From assembly GCA_048213135.1 (NCBI GenBank), contig PS015536.1:74173-125198 (forward strand): a DNA stretch of 51,026 nucleotides, written 5' to 3'. The DNA comes from Reclinomonas americana ATCC 50394 (Eukaryota). Positions 34,232 through 47,911 of this stretch are shown here, piece by piece. Under the pieces are notes generated by a model. That model was not told the DNA's origin. It worked only from the letters and a program-made list of their open reading frames with translations, and did not search any database. The position numbers and the translations under genes are program-made. Within the stretch, counting starts at the first letter, position 1. The number at the start of each line of letters is the position of its first letter.

Positions 34232-37034
34232 TCTTCCATCAATTCCCTATCTTTGTCATTCTATTTATCTTCCCTCTCGGATCACGTACTTTGTTCTCTC
34301 TTCTTCGTATCGTCCCTCTTTAGCTCCCCCTCCCTTCTCCTCCCCTTCCCCTTCCCTCCCTTCCCTTCCCCTCTTTCCACTTCTCCTCCCCTTCCCCTTC
34401 TATCCCCTCCTCCTCCCTTCCCCTTCTATCCCCTCCTCCTCCCTTCCCCTCTTCTCACCCCCCTTTCCCTTCCCACACAGATCGAACCCTACGTGTACAA
34501 ACCCGGCGCACGCTTCCGCGGTGAGTCCCGTCGAGAGCTGGCGGCCACGAAAATCCAGGCTGTATTCCGCGGCCACATTATTCGTCGCGGTTTCGCTGTG
34601 CTGCGCGCCGCCGTGTACGCCAGCAAGATCATTCAGCGATTCTGGCGCCTGGTCAAACAGAAGCAGCAGACCATTGCTCGTGTGCATGTTTCGTCTCGCT
34701 GCGCCACTACCCCCGTGGTTTTCCTTTGCGCTCACACAGATTTCTCATTCTTGTCATGAACCAGGATATCTGGGATACCGAGTTTACTGCGTGGCAGCGC
34801 TTGCAGACGCAGTTCCTGAAGTCGTGGCGCGATGTGAAGAGTGGGCGACGGTGCGTTCTCAGGTTTCTCACGAGACTGTTTCCATTTCGCGCCTCACCCA
34901 TTTGTGCAGTGTGGAGTTGCATGTGCCGTCGTTGAGTATCGACCTGCAGCAGCGCCAGAACCTCGGCGAGTTTGTCGGCTGTCTCCAGAACGCACAACTC
35001 GGCCGGTGTGTGGTCCATTCGTCACGCGCTCCCTCGTTCCTTTTGTCTCATCCTCGCTGTGCCTCACAGAATCACATGGACCGACGATCAGACGGATGTG
35101 TTGTTTGTCTCCTCGTTCCCGCTGGACGACGAGTGCTTGCAGTATTACCAGAAGATTCTCATGGTGCGGTCCACCGTTGCTGCCGCGTTGCAGTGGTCGT
35201 GTGCTCAGCTCATGCGCGACGCACATACAGGTCAAGGGCGGTTATGCGCAATCACGTCGACCGCTGGAGTCTGCCATGTTTACCGTGTACCCCGACGCAC
35301 ACAAGTCTTTCCCCCCGTTCACCTCCCTCGACAAGCAAATCATGCTGTCTCGTCGCACCGTCGACCGCATCCGCAACATGACAGCCGGTCGGCAAGCGTA
35401 CCTGGTGCCGGGCTCTGTTGGCATCGACACGATCCGCCTGGCAGCGGTGAGTGGCCTTGGTACTCTCCGTGCCGACGATATGCTTGTCTCATCTCCTCTA
35501 TCCCAGAAACTGGAATTGCCGATCCTCGGCCCGATGCCCGACGTGGCCGCCGTGTACGGCTCCAAGTCGGGCGCCAAGCGCATTTTTGCGGCTGCTGATG
35601 TGCTGATCCCCACTGGTGAGTCTCCTTACAGTGCGTGCCTTTGCTGTGCTATGACTTACCTCGTGGTGTGTGGGGCAGGCGTGGCCGATCTGTACGACGA
35701 GGAAACCTTTGTGGAGCGTCTCGTGGGCCTGTTGATTGAGTTCCCCCGTGTGCAGCGGTGGGTGTTCAAGCTGGACAACGAGTTTGACAGCCGCGGTCTG
35801 GCGTATCTCGGTGAGTGCGCACTGCATCCTTCGTGTTAGGTCTCCAATCTCTCACCGTGCGTCGCAGATGTTGGCCGCCTCGGTAACTTGGATCACCTTC
35901 GCGATGTGTACACTTCCATGGACACGGACGAGGAGCTGCGCAACCGCACGTATCAGACGCTGGTGCAAATGGTTGGCGAGTCGCTGCCGACCATGGTCAC
36001 GATTGTGACGCGCCGTGCGTACAAGTCGTGGAAGGACTTTGCGGCGGCGATGAACGACTCGGGTGCTGTCATTGAGGCGTACCCCGCCAAGCCACTCGGT
36101 TCACCATCGGTTGGCATGCTGGTGGAGCCGGATGGCACTGTGCGCATCCACTCGGTACTCCTGCAAGTCCCCGATCCCGAGTGCCCCTTCCGTGTGCCTG
36201 CCAGCTTGATGGGCAACGGCGAGTGGCCGGTGCCGTTTTCAGCACTCAAGCAGGCTTCGCTGTCGATTGCGCAGCGCTGCTTCGAAAAGGGACTGATTGG
36301 CTACATTTCCGTCGACTTTGTGGCCTTTTCTGATCTCGTTGCGTCACATGGCCACCACCACGATTCGGCCTGTCTCTACAACGCAACTCATTAACTCTCG
36401 CCACAGTCGGAGGTGCGTTTGTGGGCTGTGGATTTGGACATTGGCTTGTCGTCGCGTCATGTGTGCTTCCATGTGGTGCGGACCATGACCAAGTTGCGTT
36501 GCATTGCGTCGTATCTCTTGCGTATGTCTGTATGCTTACCTGGTCACTGCAGTGCCACGCTTGACCTGGCCACCGGCGCCCTGATCGGCCCCGGCGGCTC
36601 TTTCACGTACCTCGATCTCGGCATGATGTTCCACCCGTACTTGAGCAGCATTCCGCACGCGCAGTTTTTCCAGCTGTGCCGCGAGAATCGCTTCGTGTTC
36701 GACACGGAAGAGGGCACGGGTCCCATTTTCCACTTGGTCAACACACTGCTCAGGGGCTGGATTGGCATCTCGTTGCGTGCACCTCTCCTCGTGTCGTCAC
36801 GCACTCAAGGGCGTTTCAGCTCATTTTCGCATTGCATACAGGTGTGTCGGCAAGTCGCTGAAGCAAGTGAGCTTGCAAGCCGCCGACCTGGTAGACTTTT
36901 TGGATGTGGAGCTCGCAGGTGTGACGGGCGAGCGGAAACTCGCTGCTACGAGCACCAACGTTCCTGTCATACGGCGAATCGCCTTTGCACTGGTGGAACA
37001 AGTGGTGCCGCTGAGTGCGCCACCAGCTCCATGA
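32325..37034 (+). CDS. IQCH: IQ domain-containing protein H-like, ~20 introns
   Basis: GLLNMIQKGIIPAHVDLTPA, LLDEFSLHHFVIRKG, IPLAYIDGK, IQ motif AATKIQAVFRGH, SKSGAKRIF, RWVFKLDNEFDSRGLAY, GYISVDFVAF, LWAVDLD. Confidence 0.9.
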
Positions 37035-37296
37035 ACAATGGCCGCGAGCATTTATTTAGATGGAGAACGGCAGATCGAAGCTGTTTTGCCAGGCGCACAC
37101 ACAACACGCTGGTGGAGGCCACTCGCCATTGCAGGCCAGGGAGCGCTCCTAGCTAGCGCGCAAATGATGACTTTTCTTCAATCATCAGACGTGGCTACCT
37201 CGCACAATGAGAGTAATACAAGTGTGCCGAGGAGAGGCTGTCGTACGGTTAAACAAAGATAAGCTTTTGTTATACATTCATTATTCGTGTTCCTAG

Positions 37297-40200
37297 CTAA
37301 TATGTGTACGAGTATTTCACCTGCGATGCGTGGCGGTGAGCGACAGAAATGTAGACCTGCGGCAACAAGGAGACGCTCACCTTGTACGGCCCACTGGCCT
37401 GCATACCGAGATGCTGGATGAGGGTGAACGCGCCAGGGAGGAGAGTGCGCGTGACCACGATTTCAGAGAGGTCACCGCCAACCACCACGTTGCTCGAGGC
37501 CTGAAAGTCCATGCAAATGTCCACCACGCGCCCTCCAACCACCTCCGCACCATAACTAAACGTGTGTCCACGCTTCGATTGGTACGTGTACAGCAGGATG
37601 CGCTGCGAGGCCTGCTGCACTCCGCGTTGGTGAATGAGAGCGGACCACGCTTGAACCATTAGCTGCGGCGCACAATAGTCAAATCACTGCCTCGCGCACG
37701 CAATGACATGTCGACAACGCACAGTCGGTTCTCGCGGCATGAGTGTGCACACAAACGGATCTGTGCTGTGCACAGACACCATGTAGCATCGACTGTGGAC
37801 CGAGCTGAACGAGTAGTCGTAGCCGAGGCGCGACAGGCACCACAAGACAACCCCCTGCACGTCACGCAGCTGGTGAGCAAGAGTGGCAGCAGAGGAACAT
37901 GAACGGAGGGGACTGACGCACTTCGCCTTGCTGCTCCAAGATGTTGCTGATGAACTGAATGAGTCCGCGCTCCGACAATCCGCGCCGAGTGCTGCAACAC
38001 CGCGGCAGTATGTGCTCCGCAAACTGCTGCTGCGAGAGAGGCTCGCCAATCATGCGCATGTACAGGCGCGAAAACTCGGCGTAATCCAACACCTCGTCCA
38101 TGTCCATGTCGTACGTGCGGAACACATCCTGCGACGCAAACTCGTGAGCGACACAGCAGAATGTGTGCTGCTGCTGTTGCTGTCACGCAACTCGAAGGGT
38201 CGACACGAGTTCGTGGCGCAGTGTCCGATCGTCGTGCTTCAGTGTCGGTGGCACATCGAGGCACGCATCGGGTATCTGTGAGCGCAACATGCATCCGGTG
38301 GTTCTGCGAGAAACAGTTCGTAAGTGAGTCGTAACTGCGGCGAGGCCGCGGTAATAATAGCAGGCACGCAACATGGGCACCACAGTGTACACGCCAGGCT
38401 CAAGGTCGCACTCCAGCTGCCACTGCCGCTCCCTGGCGGTGCCGTTCTCCGCCACCACGGTCAGCGATCCGTCGGCTTCTCGTCGGAAAACCACCAGGCC
38501 ACAATCGATATATGGCCGATGCACATCCACCCAAAACTCCCTCTCGTCCTCCTGATGGATCGTCAGGTAGACTCGCGACCGCTGCAGGATCTGTGTATCG
38601 GCACGGGAAAGTGCGAATGAGATCTCTGTCACCAAAGTCCAACTATGTGATGCACACAGTCACCTCGAGAGTGTACGACGAGCACGACACCGAGTGGTCG
38701 AGCTCGCGCTGAAACACGCCCTTTAACCTGCTCTCCTGCCACTCCGGTCGCACCCTGCTCGAAGAATCACATCATCAGCGCAGTGTGGACAGACAACAAT
38801 CCGCAATGCGATAGTGACACGCAACATGCAAAACGACATCTGAGAGAATTCGACGAAGAAGTCCTCAAAGCTCATGTAGAACTCTCCATTTTCCTCCTCC
38901 ACCGGCGCCAGCACCGAGCGCAATTCTGGCGTCCACAGCGGGGACGCTGATGACCAATCGCCGTTCCTGCAAGAGAATCACAACGAATGAGGAGACAAAT
39001 ACCACGCGCCTCGGTCAGGTGCAAAGTGTCACAAACCACCTGTCACGACACACAATGAGTTTCGTGTCTCTGACTCGACAAGAACGCACAAGGGAGACGC
39101 GTAACTCAAAGCGACCCCACGGATTGCGCAGTCGGAGGAGACGGTGACCCTCAATGTCGAACGCTGCCTGAATCGTGTACGAGTGGCCGGGGACAAGTCC
39201 ACTGCCCGAGCGCGGCGTGTCGCCTTCTTCGGTGAACGTGTCCACCCCTGCCCGACAAGCGACAAGAGTGAGCCTACACGCAAGTATTCGTGCTTCTGCG
39301 CCATCAGCCACCTTTGGTCTCCGCACAACATACATCGCCGTCGCACATGCGCGTGAGAATGTGCTGCCAGAGGGCGCCACTGGCCATCATCTCTTCCGTG
39401 TGCGGATGCTCGAGCACAATGTGCTCGAACGGTGCGCCAGTGAGATCAATCAGTGCGTCACGCGAGCAACCCCGTCGTAGCTGCCATCATGCATCATCGA
39501 TCAGACATGCGGATGAAAGGGGAAAACGGAATCGACGGGTCACTCGTGCACACCTGGTTGTAATTGCCGTGCAGTTTGGCATACGCCTTTTCCAGCAAAC
39601 TTACCCACAACTGATCGTTCTGGCAGCGTGAGAAGATGAAACCACCACCTGCGCAGTCGAGCAATGAGGCGGAAAGGCCAAGAGGCGATGTGAAGAGACG
39701 AATGCAGCGCCCCGACTTACCAACGCTGCACGGAAAGTAATCGTCCACTGTCACCGTTCGCCACTGTCCGTGTTTGGCGATTCGCATCTGCACACGCACA
39801 CACGCACACACAGATGCTCCAGTGAGCAGAACTGGAGGCGAGTGAGAGGTTGACACGCAGTCGCAAAGAGAGACCTTGTACACGCCGAGTGGATCGTACT
39901 CGTCGGTGACAAAGAGGCGTCGGATGCGCTCTGGCTTTTCCGCCAGCGCGGCCACGGCGCTGAGGAACCAGCTGCATGCGATATGGTGGAAGATGGTCAG
40001 CTCTTTGAATCAACAGATGCCTGTGCAACAAAGAATGAACGTCACCAGTCGGCGAGCTTGCCCTGAATAATGGTCGACGGCTCCATGCTGGCGCCCAGAA
40101 TCACCGGCTCACTGTCGCCCTTGCCCCGCGCTCGCATAATCTCCAGTGGTCTCTTCCACTCGATAGACGACATCTGTGTGCGTGCGACTCGGCCAATGAG

Positions 40201-41304
40201 CAACGAGTCACGTGGAAAAAAGGATGCCGGCGACCCACGCAACGCTCTTGTCACGCTCCGTGTCCGACTCAAAGATCGAAGTCATGAGCGGAGGAAAGTC
40301 AAGATCCACAAAGCTCAGCGGCTGTGCACGCTCGCGGGCCATATCGCTGCACGCGGCCTCCTGCAGGTACGAGCGGATGCGCTCCGCCGGCATGATGTCA
40401 CTCGGCAAGTCGCGCAGCAGCTGTCGCGCAGTGTCAGCGGTGAAGCAGCAGAGAAGGGAGGAAGAAGAGGTGTGTACCTGCTCGCCCAACGACACATGCT
40501 CAAGGACACGCGCCGCCGATTCAAGCGCCATCACTTCGGACTCGCGTCGCGACAGCTGTCGCGTTTGCACTCTGCACGACGAGGTGTGAGAGCGCTGTCG
40601 AGAGAGAGAGAGAGAGAGTGATCCAATAACAACCCGCCACACCTGTAGTGCACATGAAAGTACATCGGCTGCAGCGGATCCACACGATCCACACGCGTCA
40701 CAAACTTGGTCTCCCCAGCCATCACCGATGCATTCACCACCGTGCTGTCACTGCGCACCAGCTCTCGTCAACTCACCACCACCGTCACTCGCGACACAAA
40801 GACAGATCCACAAACGCAACGAGCTGGCACTCTGCACGCGCACATTACTGCAGTCCTTGAACGACAGCTCAATGTCCAGCGGCTGCCCCGACTCATTCTC
40901 CACATGATACGCAAAGTAGGCCGGCTGTGTCAGCGAATATCAGTCACAGATCTTCCGCACTCTGCGACAGCAGAGTTCCCTCGTTACCTGTTCCGTGCCC
41001 ACCATGAGGCTCAGCTCGCCCAACGGCTTCACCAGCACCTGCCGGATCCACACTCCCTCGCCCGCACAGATGCTCTCCACCGTGCTCGACTCCTCTTGCG
41101 CCTCTTCCTTTGCCTCTTGCGCCACTGTCTCTATCTCACCAGCGCGCTTCTTCGCACGCTGAAGTCGCCGACGAAGTATCTGATCAACATCATCGTCGTG
41201 GCCACGACTGCTCGACGCCTAAACATCATTGTCACATGTCAAACTCGGGACATTCTTTGGTGATCTTCTTTCTTGCACGCGCGCACACACGCAACTTGTG
41301 ACAT
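37297..41304 (-). CDS. Calpain cysteine protease (CysPc + C2-like + EF-hand, with beta domains at both ends), ~17 introns
   Basis: Intact triad QGKLADCWFL / GHSY / RNPWG, plus VDDYFPC, WVSLLEKAYAKLHG and EF-hand DMDMDEVLDYAEF. Confidence 0.92.
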
Positions 41305-41452
41305 TGCTCGTGCAGAGGTGGAAGAGGTGGATCACAGCAGAGTGCGCAGTGGCCAGACAGAGAGACAGAGAGCGAAGAGACGTCGCTTTGGCGCGCGCGG
41401 AGGAACAACAACAAAGGACAAAAGCTCTGCGCGAGTTGTGTGTTTGTTAGCG

Positions 41453-42546
41453 ATGGCTGAGGCTGCGGAGCTGGCGTTGTTGCGTCTCTTTCTCTGCGCT
41501 GTGAGTGAAAGTGACCAGTGTGCCTCTCTCACACACTCTTGCACACACACAGAGGATGGCAACGCTTTGATTTCCGTCCACTGGTGCCCGAAGACATGGA
41601 CGCGTTGCGCAGATTACACGAGGCGTGCTTCCCAGTGAGGTGACACACACACACACACATACACACTTTCTCTCTCTCTCTCTCTCTTCTCACTCGTGCA
41701 TAGATACGAGCAAGCGTTCTTTGACGACCTCGTGCACCATCGTTACTGGAGTGTGTGTGTGGTGGATCGCTCAGAGGCACCTGGTGCTGCACCTGCGCGA
41801 CTGGTGGGCGTGATCAGTGCGCGGTTTGAGTTGCTGGAGAACTGCGAGGTTTTTACTCTCTCTCTCATTGTTTCGTCTGTTCTCTGCCTGTGAGTTGGGG
41901 CCTGACTGCACTGTGCTGCAGCATCACGACATGGTGAAGGAGAGCTGGTGTGCGCGCGACGAAGTCATGTACATATTAACGCTGGGCGTCGATGAAAGTG
42001 TGCGCGGACACGGACTTGGTGTGTACACGTGTCTTGCTTTGCTGGTTGGATGCTCTTTCGATTGATTGGTGTCGAGCCGTGCAGGATCCACGCTGGTGGA
42101 GTATGCGGTGGCCAAGGCGGAGCGCAATCGCGCCTGTCGTGCCGTGTATCTGCACACGCTGCCGAGCAATACGACGGCGGTGCGGTTTTATCAGCGGAAT
42201 CGCTTCGTGGTGAAGTCGTCGCTGGAGGTGTGCTGGATCTTCCCCCCACACACACACTTCCCCCCGTCGTGTTGGGCTGACGACGACGAGCTGTGCGCAG
42301 AAATTTTATACGATAGACAATGAGCAGTTTGACGCGCTGCTGGTGGTGCTGTATGTTAATGGTGGCCGCCCAGCGAGCAGGTGACCCCCTAAACCTTACT
42401 CCGCCCTCTTCTACACGTCATCGCACTCACCGAATTCGCAACGCAGCTGGACGTTGACGAATGTGTTGAAAGAGTGCTGTCGATCCGTGTCGCGCATGTT
42501 GTCGGCCGACGATGCACCGTCACCTCCACCGAAAAGATATGAATAA
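41453..42546 (+). CDS. NAA60: N-alpha-acetyltransferase 60 (GNAT)
   Basis: CFPVRYEQAFF, YILTLGVDESVRGHGLGSTL, CRAVYLHTLPSNTTAVRFY, LYVNGGRP and a C-terminal amphipathic segment with CC. Confidence 0.85.
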
Positions 42547-42725
42547 CAATCGTTGTAACACACGAATTGAGGTGGAGTGGTTCATTGGAGAGTTGTCTTC
42601 GCGCAAAACACACGCACATGTACAGGCACGCGACTGCTGGCGCCTCACAGGCACGCAGCCAGTCGCGGGGGTAGGGAAATATGGAAAGGAGGGGGGGATT
42701 GTGTGGAGTGTGGTGGCATTGCCGA

Positions 42726-44000
42726 TTACTCTTCGCGCGAGAACACAACCTTGAGGATGGAATGCAGCAGCACTGGTGCCTCCTCCACATTCAGGTACAT
42801 GTCGCTCTTGAGGTATTCGGGAACGAGGACCGTGCTTGGCAGGCCAGGTGGACCGGCGTAGATGCGCAGCGGGTTGTATTCCAGGTCGCCCTCCATGGTC
42901 TCGTTCAACTCGAACACCATTTCTGGGAGCAAACACAAAGTGAGCACAGCTGGCAGGATTCTTCGCTTCTGCCACACGCACGCACCGCGCTTGGTCTGCG
43001 TGCTCTGGCACGTGCACACGACGCGCCCGTCGTCGTTAATGTCGACCGTGCACCCGGAGAACATGGTCATAAAGCTCAGCAGCCTTTGCTCGTGTCCACG
43101 AGCGCCCGACGATGATGATCCCACCGAAGCACGTGACATGCGCTCGGACGGCATGTTGGCGTGCGACTTCATAATCTCCACTGTGATAGAGCCGTACATG
43201 AGATCGTGTGACATGCGAAAGAGGCTGTGACGAGCACGCAACTCTCCGACTGCAGCTCGAGAATCGTGTTCTTCAGCTCAATGTTCTCGCGCTCCGCATC
43301 GCGGATGCGTGCCTGCAGCGAATCCGCCTCGCGAGTGCTCTGCAGCGTTCGTGCCAGCTCCGCACGCATGCTCTCAATCAGCTTGGTCGACGCTGCGAAG
43401 AAAAAATCAACAAAGGCACTGATGTCGAAGGGGGCAGGCGAGGCAAGACGCACCAGCTTCCAGCTTCTCGTACTTTTGACGCAGAGAGGCGGCCACACGT
43501 TCCGGCTCCGTCTGTCGCAGCACCATCAGCTCCTCGAGTCGCGTGCGCAGTGCAGAGTCAGGCACATTGGAGGCAGCAGCGGATTCCTGTCAACAACGAC
43601 GACATTCATGAGCACACTCATGAGCACTCGTCTCTCTATCTCCTTCTCTCTCTCTCTCTCTCTGAAACACACACGCACAGTCGCCGTCAGACGTGCCTTC
43701 AGACCCTCGCCGCTTGTCCGTCGCTTGCCGGACTTCTTGACGGGCTTGGCCGCGGCCGCCTTGTGCTCTGCCAGCACGGGCTTCTGCCGAACATGAGACG
43801 AGTGTGTGAGAACGAGGAGAGGTGCAGAGTGAGTGGAGTGTGCGTGTTCGCTCAACTTCATTCTCGGCACCGAGCGACGAGCGCCTGCGCGTCGACTGCC
43901 GCTTGAGTGGAGGCTCCGCGGGCGACTTGTTTCCCGCATCCTCCTCCTCCTCCTCGCTCATAATCTCCGCCACAGCGGTGCGCTTTCGACTGCGAGCCAT
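42726..44000 (-). CDS. Monopolin subunit Csm1/Pcs1/TITAN9-like (coiled coil + RWD)
   Basis: LRQTEPER coiled-coil motif and RWD-like C-terminus MVFELNE...LEYNP...VPEYLKSDMYL..EEAPVLL. Confidence 0.65.
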
Positions 44001-44107
44001 CGTCCTCTCTCTCGAAAGAAACAACAAAAAATCCAACGAGCGTCGTAACGGTCGAATTTCAATTGTTGGTTTACAGACACAGGGCTATGCAAGGCAACGT
44101 CGTGGCC

Positions 44108-45448
44108 TCAGTCGGTGCTCTTGAAGTGGTGGTCGTCGAGTGTGGAGTACACGTGGCCCTCGCTCTTCAGGAACTCAATTGCAGTTCTGGGAGGGAGAAA
44201 AAAGAACGAGAGTCAGCGATCTCGAGTTACGGCTGCATGTGCGGTGCCACAACTCACCGAATGTCACCGAGCGCCATTTGCGGCAGGTGCGTCTTGATGT
44301 CCTCCAGACTCACACCACGGTCGCCGCTGTTGCTGCCCATCTTCTTGATCGTGTGCAGCACAGACTCGGCGCTATTGCCACCGCTGCCGCCGCCCACCGG
44401 CATGGCTGCAGATGCAAGCAAACAATCAGAACTCGGACAGGAAGAGAGAGGGAGAAAGGGAGAGCGCGTGTGCATACCTCCATAGCCGTGTGCCGCCGAC
44501 GCGTGTCCGTAACCATTGCCGGTCGCCGCGCCACCATTCGCCACTGGCGCACCAGCAGCGGCGGCCTGCGTCGCTGGCGGGCCATGCATGCGGAACATGT
44601 GTGTGTGCATCACGTCGAGGAAGTGGAAGGTCATCTCGTTCAGGTCGTCCACCGTCTGCACTCGGAAGGCCACCACCGACCGTGTGCCCTCCCACGTGCG
44701 CAAATGACCAAACACTCGGAGATACACGCCCTCACTGCGCAGCACCCCGTGAGTCAACCAAGACAGAGAGGCAGAGGGAGAGACGTGGATGGATACACAC
44801 ACCGCCACGTGTGCTTTTGTGCTTGCAGTCCACCAGCTCCGTCGTCGCGATCAAACCAGACGCGCACGTCGATTTGACCCGTGCCGTCCTCCAGTGTGAG
44901 TGTGATGTGCGTCTGCTTCTCGTCCACCGTGCGGCAGCGGCCCATCAGCGTGATCTGTTGGAGAAAGAGAGGGGCGGGGGTGAGGAAGGCAGATGAGAGA
45001 AAATGAAGACAAGAGAAAGACCAGAAATGATGCTGAAGGATCTTTAACAATGTGGATGAGGAGATATAGAGAGACACACATGAGGCACAAGTGAACCTCT
45101 CTCTGTCTGTGCGTGTGTGTGATCAACACTCTCTTTCTCCAGTGTCTCACCTGCACCAACTCGACTCCATCCACTCGGAATGCCTCATCAGGGCCCTGCG
45201 ATGCCGTCAACAGCTGCTTGATCGTCAGCGGTGTCAGCGGCTTGTTGGGTCCGCGTTGCGACTGTGTGTGTGTAAGAAGAGCAAGAGAGTAAGAAAATGA
45301 TCACACACTCTCTCATTCTCCGCGCACTCTCTTCTCTCTCTCTCCCTCCCACACGCACCTTGCCCGGCGACTCTGACGCCACTCCCGCTGCTGGTTGCGA
45401 CGAGAAGAAGCCGCCGCCCTCTTGACCGTGGTCCATGCCCTCGTACAT
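44108..45448 (-). CDS. RPA2: Replication protein A 32 kDa subunit
   Basis: GGGF N-terminus, LTPLTIKQL, LEDGTGQIDVRVW, YLRVFGHL, NEMTFHFLDVMH and winged helix EGHVYSTLDDHHFKST. Confidence 0.95.
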
Positions 45449-45775
45449 CTCACACACACACACTCACTCAAACACACACACACTTCACGCACAAACAGAT
45501 GCTCACACAGCAGTAATCACACACACACAGAGAGAGAGGCACAAGTGATGTGCGCTCACAAACAGTAACACAGACAGGTTCAACCCGCCGGCAAACGCAA
45601 ACCCTGACAATCTCAGTGCGGGAGATGACGTCACTACTTCAGTCTGTCCCCGCTTGCATTCCCGGTCCCTTTCCTGCAGGCGAACCAGACTGCCCACGCG
45701 TTTGTTGTTTTTTGCTTCATACTCAATATTATACTTCTTGACCACCACTTCTGCAAGTTGGTCCCCCGACGGTCT

Positions 45776-47451
45776 CTATTCTTCACCCATCACCACCGCC
45801 CGGAGCACCTCCATGCAGCCGACCGCCGCCAGTCGCTGGTATTCCTCCTCTGAGATGGCGAACATGGAGCCGAGGAAGGCCATGGCGTTGCAGCCGAATC
45901 CAAAGGCCTCTTCGCGCTCACGAGGAATGACGAGAAGGTACTCTTTCGTCAGCAGAATATTGTACGACGGTGCGCCGTGATCAAAGTCCACTTCGATCGG
46001 CTCGTCTTCCTCGTCACGCGATTCGCCAGAGTCTGCGGGGCGTTTTCGTATCAAGAACAGTTGCGAGGAAATGGTTTGCTTGGCAGACACAAGACGCAAC
46101 GGCGAGCGGTGGGGTACACAGCGAGGCGTTCGACTCGCTTGTGGAAGCGCTTACCGCCCTCCTCTAGCCCCAACACATGCAACTCGGCCTTCAGCAGCTT
46201 ATGCAGCGCGCCTGCATAGCGCATCGTCACCGCGGCGTACTCTTCGCTGTTCGTCTCGCACGCCAGCACCTCGGCAGAGTAGGAGCCGATGAGGTCGGTG
46301 ACATCCAACAGCAGGTGGCGGAACTTGAGCGCCGGGCAGTGCAACACACGCGAGTGCGGCGGTCGCCACCGCGGCGACGCCAACACCCCATCCGAATCGC
46401 CATCCGAATCCGAACCGGACGCCGACGCACTCCCCGCTCCACGCGCCACACGATGCTGCCGCACAGCCTCGCAGATGAACACATGCAACGGGAAGGTCGA
46501 GTGATCCAGCGGAACCATTTGCAAGTGTCGATGCGGTTGACTGTGGCATTCGAAAGATTCATCGGTTCGCATATTTTTGCATGCATCATCTCGACATCAA
46601 AACAACAAGCGTACGAACCTCGGTCCCGCCTCCACGCCCTTGTTGTAAAAGATGAGCACATCGTTCGGCACGCCCTCATCGTACGCATATCGTGCAAGCG
46701 CGCTGGCAACAAAAACTTTCTTCAGCAAAAAAAACAAAGGGAATATGCAATCGCCTGCGAGTGACAGAGAGAAAAAGAGGGCACCTGATAGACGCCGCCG
46801 TGTCATTGACCGACAGTGGAGCACACTGCAACTCAAACTGTCGCGTAGTGATCAGCACGTGATAGGGCACCACATTGAACTTGTTCAACACGAGCGTGTG
46901 GTCCGGGAACGCCTCCTGCTCACACAAGTCAACAGAGAGACAACCACTCAGTGAGAGAGAGGGAGAGAGAGGCACTCAACTTCCTCCACTGTGAGCTCGG
47001 GGTCTGGAGGGAGGAACGGATCATACACTGCGCGTCGCTCTTCCACGAGAAGCCCATCGGAGGCGGGAGAACTTTGTGTGTGTCAGACAGACAGAGAGAG
47101 TGAGAGAGTGAGAGTGGACACTCACACACAATGCACTCTCACCCGTGTCGCGTGACATCGTGCTGGCGATCCAAGTTGCTTGTCTTGCGTGGTCGCTGCG
47201 TGGCCACAGACACATTCCACTGTGCGCAACATTGTGAGAGTGAGAGAGTGTGTGTGTCTTGTATGTGTGTGTCTCTGCTCACCTCCACGCCATCTTGCGA
47301 CAAGACGCGACGCTCACACGGAAGAGTGCACAGTGCACCAGTGCTCAACGCATGCTCTGCAACCTCACGCACTTGACACACACAAAGGCATCAGTGAGAA
47401 CATACTGTCTATGTGTGAGCGTGAGAGAGCGCACGCACCTCGCTTCCACAT
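45776..47451 (-). CDS. Ap4A phosphorylase / ATP adenylyltransferase (APA1/2-like)
   Basis: DPFLPPDPEL, HTLVLNKFNVVPYHVLITTRQFELQ, FYNKGVEAGPSQPHRHLQ (HxHxQ), SYNILLT...LVIPR, NAMAFLGSM. Confidence 0.9.
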
Positions 47452-47518
47452 GAGCGAGTAGAGTGAGACAACTTCGCACCTTGTCCTCTCATAGAGTGTC
47501 TCTTTTTCTCTCACAAAC

Positions 47519-47873
47519 ATGGCGACTGCATCACCTCCACCTCCGCTGTTTGTGACTGCGGGAGTGGTGTGGGGCTCGCCCACTACCCTGCACTCACAGT
47601 TTGATGTGCTCTTTGTTGGCCGCGCAGAGTTCATTGTTGCGTTTCTCTCTCTCACACTCACATCTCTCTTTCTTGTGCATGCACTTATGCTCTCTCTCTC
47701 TCTGTGCAGGCATATGGTCGTGGTCGCTCTGTGCTCGTCTTCTGTGATGGCTTTCATCGGTGGACACTGGAGGGACACGATGAACCAGTCACGTGTGTGG
47801 CCTGGTGCGGATCAGGCAAGGTGCGGAACACACACACTCCCCCGCATGCACACACACACACACACACACACAT

Positions 47874-47911
<38 letters not shown>

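Noticed and set aside
34290-34480. Long C/T-rich tract translated as a Pro/Leu/Ser-rich ORF (also the purine tract at 12480-12595)
   Set aside because: Low-complexity intronic polypyrimidine sequence, not coding.
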